Source: Vicugna vicugna
Taxonomy: Eukaryota
Reading direction: 5' to 3'
Assembly: GCA_013265495.1 (NCBI GenBank)
Contig: MU057560.1
Span: forward strand, 1,781,664 to 1,845,663
DNA: 64,000 nt
The translations under genes were made by a program, and so were the position numbers. Positions within the stretch are counted from its first letter, which is position 1, and every line of letters starts with the position of its first letter. A model generated the notes under the pieces. It was not told the origin of the DNA. It saw nothing but the letters and a program-made list of their open reading frames with translations, and ran no database searches. Positions 38,501 to 50,500 of the stretch are shown piece by piece.

Positions 38501-41500
38501 TCACTCCAGCGCACCTAAGAATTTCCATGTTTGTCTGAAGCCTGCACTTCTCAGTACAAGTTTCAGGAGTTCTTTTCTCTTCCCTCTTTTTTTTTTTTAA
38601 CAAAATGTTATAAAGATATATGCAGTAAAATCTTAAAATAATTGCACAATTGAACAAAGTCCGCCGGACGGAACCGCTGGCTGACAGACAGTGTCACCGT
38701 GCGCTGAGTAAAAACCTTCATTTGTCAACCCGCCTACAAACGGTGCCCTACGAAAGAAGGTTCGGAGAGGTCAGCGCCCAGCTAGGGAAGAGTAAGCTGT
38801 GGTTCAAAGCCAGACAAGCCATGAGGACAGCTGCCTCCAGACGGAAGTTCCAGGGTCGCCTGGAGGGGGCGCTACGGGCATTTCCCGGGTAACTCACTGT
38901 GAGCCCGTGAGCACAGACAGGCCCGTCCCCGTCCCACACGTGCCCGTAAATGATCGCCAACAGCCGCTTTCTTACCAGGAAACGGAACCACCTTCTTATT
39001 CTTGCCGAGGTTCTTGAGAGATGCTGAAAAAAGAAAGAAAGAAAAATCCAGGTATTAATAAACCAACCCAGGCGTTCACATACCGTGAGATTTTGGTGCA
39101 AGGTCTCTGGCTAAAGGAATCGCCGGCGTGCGGCGCGCTGCCTGGTTCAGAGAGCACCTGGGCCCCGTCCAGCCAGAGCGCAACCGCGCGTCACTACACA
39201 GGAAGCGGTGCTAACGCCGCGCCAGGCTGTAGTTTCTGAGATTACAGGGCAGCTGGCAGAGCTGTCATCTTCTGGTTTTTCTCCCTCTAAGGAGAAAAGC
39301 ATGTTTCAGTTAAGGTTCTTTTGTTCAACTCCTTCCTCGTGCAGGTTCACAGGGGGACGTCAGGGACACGGGGTGGCAGCCCCTTTCCTCCTGCAGGACC
39401 GAGCAGGTAACAGGGTCTCTCTGGTTAGACCAGCAAACCATAAAGCTCAGGTAGGTGCTGGACGTACGCCACGCACACCGAGAACATGTGGCTCCCTTTA
39501 CACAGCTGCTGCTCATCAGAAACCTCAATAGCAAAGAGCAGTAAAAACAGAATATTCAGTCTCTGATGAAAAATACTATAACTAGAAATGTGTCACTTAC
39601 ATCAACACTTGCAAAGGAAAACAATGCCCGCAAGAGCAATGTGGCTCAATGCAATAAAACTTCCACAGGTCCACCCCCGAACTTCTTCGCTGACAATCCT
39701 GCTTTGATTGCAGGGATTTTAAAGTTCACAGGTGTCTCTGCCAACTCACCAACATAGCACGAACACATCTGTTCTGTCAGAGATACAACCTCCGAGACGC
39801 ACGTGCGTGTCAAGTTTCCGCTGACATAATTAACACAGAAATGTTCTTGTTAATAAGCACTTCAGTTCAACTGAATCAGGAGCCACAGAGCCAGACTGGA
39901 GCCGCTCTGAGGACCTGCCAGTTTGGCGGGTGAGATGGGGAAGGCAGGCAAGAGGAGCTGGGGGTGCTGATGGTCCCGGGAGGAAAGAAACCAACCCCAG
40001 AAGCTGCCGGGAGAGGTGATCGGAGAAATGACACTGCCAACAGCAGCGGCCGGGGCACCTGGAGGCTGGAGCAGAGGAGAAAACATAGAAGAATGAAGGG
40101 TTTCGAGAGAAGGCTGGTTCTGACGGCAACGGTGGGAGGTCAGAGGCCACCGAGAATCACAGCAGCTGGAGGAGGCCAGGAAAACCACTGCCTGTGTCCA
40201 CAAAGAACGCCCCCCACGTGCCTCTGACGGTGTAATGTGACTGCCGCAGGCAGCACATGCTTTGAAGCCTCGTCTTCCTTTGCACTGATTTTTGTGACTT
40301 CCAGAACCCACGGCAGCTGCTCGTTATGAATTAAGACATCAGGCTAAGATTTGTGAAAATGAAGCCAATGTTTTGGTTTAAGGTGTAATTACTTTGTGAA
40401 AAGCTAGAAACCCCAAGTTAGACAGTGTTAGGTTTTTTTATTTGGTAACTATCACACAGGCATCTGATTGCACTGTGGGCCGGCATGTTTTTAAATAAAT
40501 CAGCAAAGATATTTACCAAGTCCTTTTAGGGGATTACAAATTTGATCAAAAAGTGGTTTGAACTGAGATCTCTCCCAGTGGCTCGGAGGTCCCAACCAGG
40601 GTCCTGGAATAACAGACTGAGCTAATGAGAGCTCCTGTGGCCAGGATAGCGTTGTTGTTCTTCTTCAGAAAATCCTAATTTCCTGTATTCAGATGTGTGC
40701 TCGTAACAGAAAATGCCCGGAAAGTGTCTGATGTCTCCACTCCCCCTCCTCCCATGTCTTGGATTGTAACCCCCATCCAGCTTCATGGTCATCTTTCTTC
40801 AGGGACAATCTATTGTGGACGCTGCAAATGACTTCAATGCTGTCAGATCCCAGAGTCAATGAATCAGAAACACTGAACTTGACTGAGTCCTATTATTGTC
40901 CAAATACTACTTTTTTGGAAGACTTAGAGCCCTTTTTTTAAGTGGAAAGGTCCTTAAGAGACTGGTCAATAAACCGTATTCCCACTGTGTTCCCTGGCGA
41001 CCAGGTGGTCCTCAGAGATGTCTCTGGAGGCCAGGGGGAGAATGCCAGGAAGCAGCAAGGGGAAGACTGAATTTCTGCATTTCAGCCCACCCGTGTCCTC
41101 TTCGATCAAACAATCCCTTTTCTCTCTGCTCTGTAGACTGGAGTCCGTCATAACATTCCACTTGGGAAAAATGTCCCAGTGCTTCTTTTAGCTTCTTTTT
41201 TTAAAATAGTTTTAGGTTTACAGGAGCGTCGCGAAGACTGTGCAGAGACTTCTAGTACACTCTTCACCCAGACTCCCCGGAGGGTAACACCTTGCAGAAC
41301 AGTGGGGCCCTGACAGAAGCCAGAACTCACGTCCGGACAATGCTGTTTAATTACGGGCTTTATTTGGGTTTTGCCAGTTTTTCCACCAATGTCCTTTTTC
41401 TGGTTCGGAATCCAGTTCAAGACAGCAGCTCGCATCTAGTTATAGGGTCTCCTCGTCTCCCCCAAACGTGACAGTTTCTCAGTCCTTCCTTGTTTCCCAG

Positions 41501-44500
41501 GAGCTCCTTGGGCATTCTGCAGGGGGTCCCGCGCTGTGTGGGCGGCGGAGGTTTCCTCACGCTCGGACCCGAGTTACGGATTCGGGGACACCACCAGGGC
41601 GTGGGGTGCCCTCCTCCCTGCACCACTCAGCCTCCATCACTCAGGTAGGTGGCGCCTGTCACTTTGCTCTACAACAACGTTTTCTGATGTTTTCTTTCAA
41701 AGACTGAAAACCGGTGACCCTAGGCTTACCTTTTATTTTGCACATAAGAAAAGTAAGACCCAGAAAAGGCTTCAAGTAAGTCATGTTCACAGGCACACTG
41801 AGCAGTAACATCAGTGGGACAAGAACCCCACCAGAAGGAGGCTGTCGAGGAGATGGGGAGACCAGCGACCGCGTCTTCACGGCCTTCTCCTGCTTTAAAG
41901 TTCAGTCGTGTTATAAGCTACTTGTCCTTCTTTTATTCATGTTGGTGAAAACATACGTCTCATTTGAAGGAAATGGAAACTGATTAGGTTGTAGGTATGA
42001 TTCCTGTAAAATCTGCCAAGAAATGCAACAGAAGTACATGGTGAGAGCAGGTAAGAGGGCCTTCTTGGACCCTTCAGTGTTGGCAAATGTTTCAACCCAA
42101 ATGCCTGTTTGGCACAAAGTAACAGTACAATGTCACCTAGAGGTCCAGTCAAAGTCAGGTGAGCAGAGATGGCGGGAAAGGAAAGTAGGACCCTGATGAC
42201 ACTGCAGCACATGCAGAGAACCTGCCCCTGCCCCTGACCCCGAGCCAAGGACGCAGATGCCTCTGCACGACAGGTCAAGACAGACGCGGAGGACCTGGGA
42301 GTCCCAGAGAGCAAGTGAAGAGCGAAGGGTCACCGCCCACGTGTCATGGCGTGAGAGCTCTCGGCACACCTCAGATCACGTTCCCAACTCAGCATCACCG
42401 GGCACGTGCTGCTGATTCCGCAGACGGTGGAGGCACGTTCGGAGGGGTTAAGTGACCTGCTCCCGACTCCACAGACAAGGGGCGGGGCTGGTAGGCGAGC
42501 CCAGAACCCACCTCTACCACACTTTACACCGCACGTATGGCTGAGTTAGATGATTAAGGTTCATTTTAACGCTCAGTTCCTCCTTTTTGCTTCTCCTTTT
42601 CAATTCTAAAATATTTTTTGAAAACAACTGCAAAATATTAGCATCTTCCTTGCAATTTTACTTAACCCGATGACGGCTTCTCCAGGACGGTGTTGGAGGA
42701 GGGCCGTCTACAAGCAGGAGGAATCAGACACACCCTGTGTGTGGCCACCAGGGAGGCAGAGGGGATGGTGCCTTCAGTCCCCAAAGAGAGGAGCGGCCAC
42801 AGAGATCCAGCTTGCTTCATCGTCGCTAAGAAATAACTGTTACAAACCTCAAACGGCCATCAGTCAGGCCAAGATTATTCACCCCAGGAGAGTGCAGAGG
42901 AGCTTCCGACAGATCAGATCCTACACAGGGAGTGGGTTCGCTCTGCCAGCACGAGAAGGCGGGAGAGAGCTGAGGGTCCCGCACACAGCTTGAGTTTCCG
43001 TGGTCGGGGAAGTGTCCGAGGAGAAAGCACGTGGAGCCTTTTCTCTAGAATTATTTGGATCTTGTTCTGTCTGAAGGCAAAGACTCTGGATTCAAACCTC
43101 AAACAGCCCCCTGCAGACTGAAGTCACTGCTCCCACAGCCCGAGTGGCCATGGGCTCGCATCCGCCCACCGCTGCCCAGTGTCGCGCTCCCGGGCCCTCT
43201 GCCCAGACTCGGCACCGGCGGCAGCTAGGCGGGGCGGACCCGCCACACACACTCGTCAGTCTAGAAGAGACCCTGGGAAGGGCGGGACCACACGCGGATT
43301 TCACAAACTCAGCCCGACTCAGTGCCTGAAGGGAGCTCGGACTGACGCAGCCCTGGTCTGGTCAGCGCCGCGCGTCCCCTGGGCGCGCGCTCAGCGCCTA
43401 ACCCGCTGTCCCGTGGCAAAGCCAAGCGTCACTTCACGCCTAAGTACAGGAGCGCGGAGTGTCACCAAATGGACTCGTCAAAACATGAGCCTCTCAAATA
43501 ACAACACTTGTAACTCACAACATGGGAAGAAACGCCACCCGGCTGGGTCACCGCCTCCCCCGTGTCTGGGAAGCTTCCAGATGCGCTGCTGGGTGTGCGG
43601 GCACCCACAGCACCAGGCCGGGGCGCGAGCCGCCAGGCCAGCCGCAGCCATTGGTTTTCTTTCACTGTTCCTCGTCCTCAGGTAAAACAAGACGCTCACT
43701 CGGTGGAGTAACTTTCTGCAGGGTTAACATCCTTAACTGCAGACCAGCCTTGCTCTCCCAAGCCCCCTGGCGTTACTGTTAGAGTGTCTGATTTTAGACT
43801 TCAGTTACTAGTTTTCCACGCCTGCTTATGAACGGTCGGCTTCTGCAAAGAAAACGTGACTTCCGTTTACAAGGGAAGCTGAGACATGCTTAATTTCCCA
43901 GGGCAAGCCTGTCTCCTGGAGCAGAGGCTAATCTACTGTCCACCTGATGGGAAGAGAAAAGGGGGGCCCTCCCTCGGGGTGGGGGCACTCCGAGGGCCGA
44001 GACCCTGAATCCCAGAGAGTCACCATTCTGGCTCAGGACCCGGCTGGAAACCGCACGGACAGCAGGGAGGTGAGCAGGACAGCGGCCTGGCTCAGGCACG
44101 TGAGTCTGCCTGCTCTACCCCGTGACAGAAAATGAGAATTAAAGAGCAAACCCCAATGATTTTGTTAGACAGGCTGTTACCGCAAATCAGAGAGGCTCTC
44201 AAAACAGGCGGCGCCCAGGAAAAGCATGCGAAGCTCTGGCATGCTTTTTTTTTGTTTTAACTTATTCTTTGTTTTTCAACAGGCAGGTGGGGATGGGGGG
44301 ATGCAAATGGAACTAAGAAAACAGTTTGGGTTTTTTTTTTCAGCCACAATGTGCTTTGAACCAAAAATATGTTGATGAAAAAGGCAAGGCAGACACTGGT
44401 CTGCGTCCTCCACCCTGGACAGGGCCCCCCTGCCTCCTGGGCCCTGACCAGCATCACCCGCCAGCAGCTCTCTGAACGGCGATCCATGACAGACCACCCC

Positions 44501-47500
44501 TGAGCCAGGCTGGTGTATGATTGTTGGGAAAAAATGTTAAAAAAATCATTTTTACCGATTCCTAAATTGCCAGATTGTCTAAAACCACAGCAAAAAGGAA
44601 AAAAAAGAAGACGTCAAATGAGGGCTTCAAGCAGAGTTCTTCGAACCTGGCCAGGCCACACCTCGCGGTCCTCATGCTCACAGCGCACAGAGGAACCGAA
44701 CGCCCAAGAGACCCGCTTGTGCCTACCCTGCAAAAACAATTTTTAAGCCAATCCGCCTGGCCACTGGACAGTGAGGGACTGTTCCTGTGACTTTGCCCCT
44801 GGAACTCTGAACGCTCAGAAGCAAAGTAGCAGGTGGAAAAATCACAGTGGAAAAAAAAATGATTTTCTTTCCTGATTCTTTTGTCCCTTCTCTTTGAATA
44901 GCCCTCCACGTCCCAATTCCCCAAAACAAACAAAAATAACTGCAACAGAACACAGCCAAAAATATTTCCCAGGGAGGGAGAAAGAGAGTGTTACCGCTTG
45001 GAATTAAACTTCAGGGACGTAAAACTGCCTCTTTCTCCTAGAAAAATGAAACTAGCAAACTCACCCAAAATATAAGATACTGCAATGCTTCGGAAACAGT
45101 GGCTGCAACTGGTAGGAACTCCGGGATTTCTAAGCACCTGATCCTATAAAGGTGGGGAGGGCGGGTGGCCACTAACAGCCTCGAGTATTTGGGAGGAAAG
45201 GTAACATTTTTTAAGCGAGGTGTGAAATGGGCTCATTCGCTTCTCCCAAATTTGTGTTGGGTCACAATTGCTGGCGGCCTCGGGCTGTCGGACCCCAACA
45301 GGTCTGTGTGACAGGCTTGAGTGGGACACTGCTCGGAGAGCTTGGAGGCTGTGACTGACCCCCAGCGCTACCCGGTGGAGCCCAGAGGTGTCCTGGCCGC
45401 TCAGAAACAACCCAAAGGGGCCCTAACGTCACTCACCACTCCTCGCCGGGCGCTCGGTGCTGGTGTTACTGACAGACCCCCCGCAAGCCCACACTTAGAG
45501 GGCCTGGGCCATGGCTGAGCGGACAGGGCCACGGCTGAGCGGACCCCCACCCGGCACCCGGCACCCGGCACCCGGCACAGCGGCCCTGCTGGCAAGAGGG
45601 GAGAGAGGGAGGGAAGTGGGTTGGCTTGAGTTTCTGCCGTTCCCTCCATCACCTCTGCCACCAAGGACAATGCGGGTCATCATTCTGGCTCCTCTCTGAA
45701 ATGAGGACATCACCTGGCAAGGTGGTTAAAAAGAAGATAAAAATCAGAAGGAAGGGTCCATCTGCGGAATGCGCACGTATTTTTAAATGGTTGTTACGGC
45801 AGATGGTTCAATAGACATTCTGTACACTTGAGGCTCAGGAAAAGCCAGCAGCATTGAATGGGTTCTTTTTAAGTCCTTGGGACCTTGACTGCAGGGAAAG
45901 GGCCCAGGAGAGGCTGAAGGGAAGGTGGGTCAGACTCTGCCCACAGAGACTTCTCTCCGGGTGACCTGTCACCAGAAGAGCATCCTTCTATTAAAAACCA
46001 AAGAACAGAAAAGGAAAGAGAAGCAGGGGGTCAGACCATGTCCTGAATTGAAAGGACACGCGCGGCCGACTTACTCGTGATGCCTGACAGGTCCCTCTCT
46101 GGCCCCTGGGTGGTGATCTGGGGCCAAAGTGTACGTCTGCCTCCCTGTGGTGCAAACACCACATTCACATTTTAACACCTGGGGGATCCAGTTTCTAAGC
46201 ATCTTTTCTTGAAAACAAACAAACAAAAAGTCTCTGACCATCTGGCTGGCATTTGTGAATGATGATTTTTTTCTCTTAAGTTACCGGGAAGAGTAGAAAA
46301 TCAAAAGGTAGACATTCCCCAAAATTCAACGGAAATTCTATTTCCCTGACATTCAATGGAAACTGTCATGGAATGATTTTGATTGTGGGGACATTGACAA
46401 TCCTAATGAAATGTTAAAGCTGAAACCTGAAATGTCGTAACGTGGGGTCGGCCTGAGTGAGCCTGTCTTCCTCAATTAGCCTTCCCTCCCCATCCACAGA
46501 TGAGAAACGGTCTGAAAGGTCACTTCCCACAAAGGACTCTCTACCGTCCTGTAGCCTGAAACCCCAGAGAGCCACCCCTCCTCTGGCCCTGCCTCGCTGG
46601 TCCCCCGATGCCACCCCACCCCGCTCCACGGTGGCCCTGCGTCCTGGAGCCACGTCAGACGCCCGTGCTCTCCGGCTCCGCAAAAGGTCTTCAAGCTGTT
46701 CCTTCAGATCTCTCTTCTCTTCAAGGCTCCCCTCAGGGCTGGTTTAATCTAATTTTACCCACGTACAATTGTTAAGAGAGTCAGCTACTGAGACGTGAGA
46801 GCTGACCACCTGCCCTCGGGACTTGGGAGCCGGGCCTCGTCCACCTCCTTCGGTGCTGGTGGGGACCCCATCCACCTCCGCAGGGACGAACACCCCTCCT
46901 CTCCTTGCTTCAGGGGGAACAACCTCAGGGCCTCACACAGAGTCCCCGGAGGGAGGGAGGGAGGGAGCCACACAGAGTTAGAGAGCCCTCACTACTGGTT
47001 AATCTCACAGGACGCTCCTCTCTCATCGGACTGTAACCACCACACTTCAAAGAAAAAAGCAGGGCTGCAGGTGCTTTGTCTGGGGATGGAATTACATCCA
47101 AAGGGCACACACGTCACGGCCTGAGATCTGAGCCTCGGTTCGGGGCTGTGGAATGAACTGGAGGGCGTCCATCCCTGCCCACAGATACACCACCTTCGGG
47201 CCTCGGAAGACACACCCTGGGAGGGAGGTTCTGCTCCAACACTGCAAGCTCAGTAGTGCAGGAAATCACTCTGCGACCTGGGAAGGAGGCCACCCTCCCT
47301 GTGCCTCAGCCTCCTCACCTGCGAAACACCCAGCTTACGTAGCACACACACAAGTGGCTAACACGTCCGTTGTTCACAGTTCATTTATGATTATGAATAA
47401 ATAGTTATGAAAAATTTAGAAAAGGAATTCACAGTTTGTGGTATTATTACCAGCGTTTTGTGGGGGGCAGGAAGTCAGACCTTTTCTCTATCACGTGTCC

Positions 47501-50500
47501 TACGCATATTTTGACTGTATTTCAGAAGAGAGATTTGACCAGCTGTTTATAACAGGGTCTTACAAGCATCCTCACCCGTGGCTCAGTTATTACAGAATAT
47601 ATATACATTTCTATTTCCTCCACATCTATACCACATACCTTTTTCCTTTGTGTTGTGTCTTAAGGGAAACTTTTTCTTAAAAGACATTCGGGAATTGTCT
47701 TCCTGAAACAGAAACCATCAGTGTTAGCAGCTGACACTTTTTTCTCAGAATATATAAACAAGAGTCCGCAGGACTGGACGGTCCGCTACAGCTGGACCTG
47801 GGAACTGCGTCTGCAACAAAGATGAGGCCGCTGGAGATTTCAATGCACTCAACAACGAGATGCCACACCCACCCACGCTGCAGGGCCACCCAGCTCTCCA
47901 TGATCCAGCGAGGGCCAGCCTTACCCTGGCCTGGCCTGCGAGTCCAGACCAAGACGAGGGAAGCCCATGGATCACTGTGGACCAGACAAGCTCCCCTTGT
48001 CTGGCTTCAGGTCCCAGCCCCTGTCTCTTGGTCTCTTAACTCAGGGCAGTTCAGAGGCCAAGCTGGAGACCAGGACCTAAGGACCCAGCTCATACTGATG
48101 CCCCCCCTCTGTGGGTCACTCCAAGTTTTCCCACAGCATCTTGTCCTCTTAAACATTTCCCATGTCAAAAACGACCCAGCTTCCCCTTGGAATGTAAAAA
48201 ACAGTAAAGAGAATGATTCCCATACTAACAAGAAAGAGCCAGATAATCTACCCAATTATACCCTTGAACACATCAGACAGCTGGGATCACAGGGCAACCA
48301 GCTAGGCTGGAAGCTAAGGACAGACAGACTCCGCCGAGGAGACACAGGGCTGAGCGCTCGCTTCCCCGGGGCGCGGCGCAGGAGGGGGAGACCGCCAACC
48401 AAACGTAAGGGGATTTCAGCCGAAAGCTGCGGTGAGCGTAGGCACGCGTGAGAGCACGCAGCCAAGGCTCCTCGGGTGGACGGCCGATTCCACGGCAGAG
48501 ACAGTACAGGATGAGCCTGGAGAAGCTTGTAGTAATGGAAACAAAGGCAGTTCTTAAAATAACAAAACACGCCAGAGGGATACAGGAGCCAAGCAGAAAG
48601 AAACCAACGGCCAAAGCAGCAGCACTGGAGCAACAGAAGAAATAACTTAACCCTGGGTTACAACCCAGCGTAGAAAACAAATCTACATGAGTCCATGATG
48701 ATATGGATAAATGCAATACTAGCTTATAACCTGAAGCAGGAAATACGCATGCAGGAGTCCATAATGACATAAATGAGTGGTTAAAGAAATAAGTAAACTG
48801 GAGGTAAGAATCAAATATGCCTTACAGGAGAACTCTAAAGAACAGATTACAGCGATCAAGCCCCCTTCTACGGCGGTGATGGCTCATTTGCACCCTGCCT
48901 CCCTCTGCAGGCTTACCTTAGTGACTTGCTCTCCACCAGCAGAGTAAGGAAAGGGATAAAGAGAAAGGCTACAGTGGAGAATCCTCGCAAACAATATGTT
49001 AAACAGTAACGAAGGTCAACACTATTAGGGATGTCCTGCGGATCTCCCCTGGTACCACGGGACAAGAAGAGCTCTCCACCTCTGTGCTGTTCGTTCCAAA
49101 ACCCCATAGCTCCAGTCTGATCATGAGAAAAGCAGCACTGGGGGACATTCTGTGAGGCCTGCATCACCCTGAAATCAAAACCAAAGACACTACAAGTGAA
49201 GAAGAACTGCAGATAATCCTCTTGGAAACAGGCACAAGGCTCCTCCTCAAAATGTTAACACACTGACTCCAACTGTAGATAAAGACACTGCACGATGCAC
49301 AGGGGGGTCATCCCGGGAAGTCAAATCTAGTCCAACATTCAAAAATCAATCAACTCAACATCACATCTCAACTGACTAAAAAAGAAAACCACATGTTTTT
49401 CTCAATAGATGCAGAAAAATCGTTTGACAAAATTCAGCATCCATTTATGGTAAATCTCTCAGCAAACCAGCAATACAAAGCAGCTTTCTCAATCTGATAA
49501 ATGTCATCTATACAAAATACATACAAATACAAACATATATTGAGGTATGTTACATACGCATGAACATAAACATATATAAACACACACAGCTAACCTCACA
49601 CTTAGTAGCCAAAGTCTGAATGTCTCCCCTGAAGATCAGGAGGCCGTCAAGCAGGTCTGCTCTCTCCACTCCATCATACTGGAGGCTGCAGCCAGAGCAA
49701 TACGGCAAGAATAAGAAATAAAGGCATACAGATAGGAAAAGGAGAAATAATCCAGACTAGGGCCACCGACAACGTGATTGTCTCAGTAGAAAATCCCAAA
49801 GGATCTGCAAAAAGCTACTAGACCTAATGAGTTTACCAAGCTCTCAGGATTTAAGTCAACATATCAAAGTCAATTGTTTTTCTACATATTTAATAACAAA
49901 CAGTTGAAGTTTAAAATTTTAAGTTCCATGTATAATAGCTCCAAAAACAAAATACTTGCACATAAATCTAACAAAATATGTGCAAGATTGTGTGCTGAAC
50001 GCTAAAAACCATTGATTAAAAAGTCACAGACCTAAATAAACAAGAGAGCTAGATTATGTTCATGGTAGACGATATAGAATATCGTCAACATGTAGATTCT
50101 CCCTCATCTACTGATCAATACGATCCTAATCAACTGCACCAGGACTGCTGCAGAAATTGGCAAGCAGAGTCCAATATTTACTTGGAAAGGGCAAAAGATC
50201 TCGAATAGCCCCAGACAAGGTTGCAAATGAAGACTGAAAGTGGAGGTCTCACATGATCTGAGTTCAAAACCACAGTAATCAAGGAAGTTCAGGATTGGTG
50301 GAAGGAAAGCACATCGATCAACAGAAGAGAAGACTGAGTCCGGAAACAGCCCCCTTACTTGTGTAACCTAAAAAAAGAAAAAGAAAAAAAGACAAATGAA
50401 CTTACTTACAAACCAGAAACAGACTCACAGACATAGAAAACAAACTTATGGTTACCGAGAGCGAAGCAGGTGGGAAGGGATAAACTGGGAGTTCGAGATT

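Noticed and set aside
42848..42920. Frame DLICRKLLCTLLG*IILA*LMAV* with three TGA codons as recoding
   Set aside because: No SECIS element or mitochondrial context seen; chance is the simpler explanation.
44995..45037. AG..GT unit just downstream of the 45065 exon
   Set aside because: The implied intron would be only about 27 nt, too short.
45507..45578. 20-bp duplication and (CCCGGCA)4
   Set aside because: Ordinary intronic slippage repeats.
46414..46747. Minus-strand frame with coiled-coil-like LEEKRDLKEQLEDLL
   Set aside because: No credible acceptor or start, and it is not needed for the gene model.
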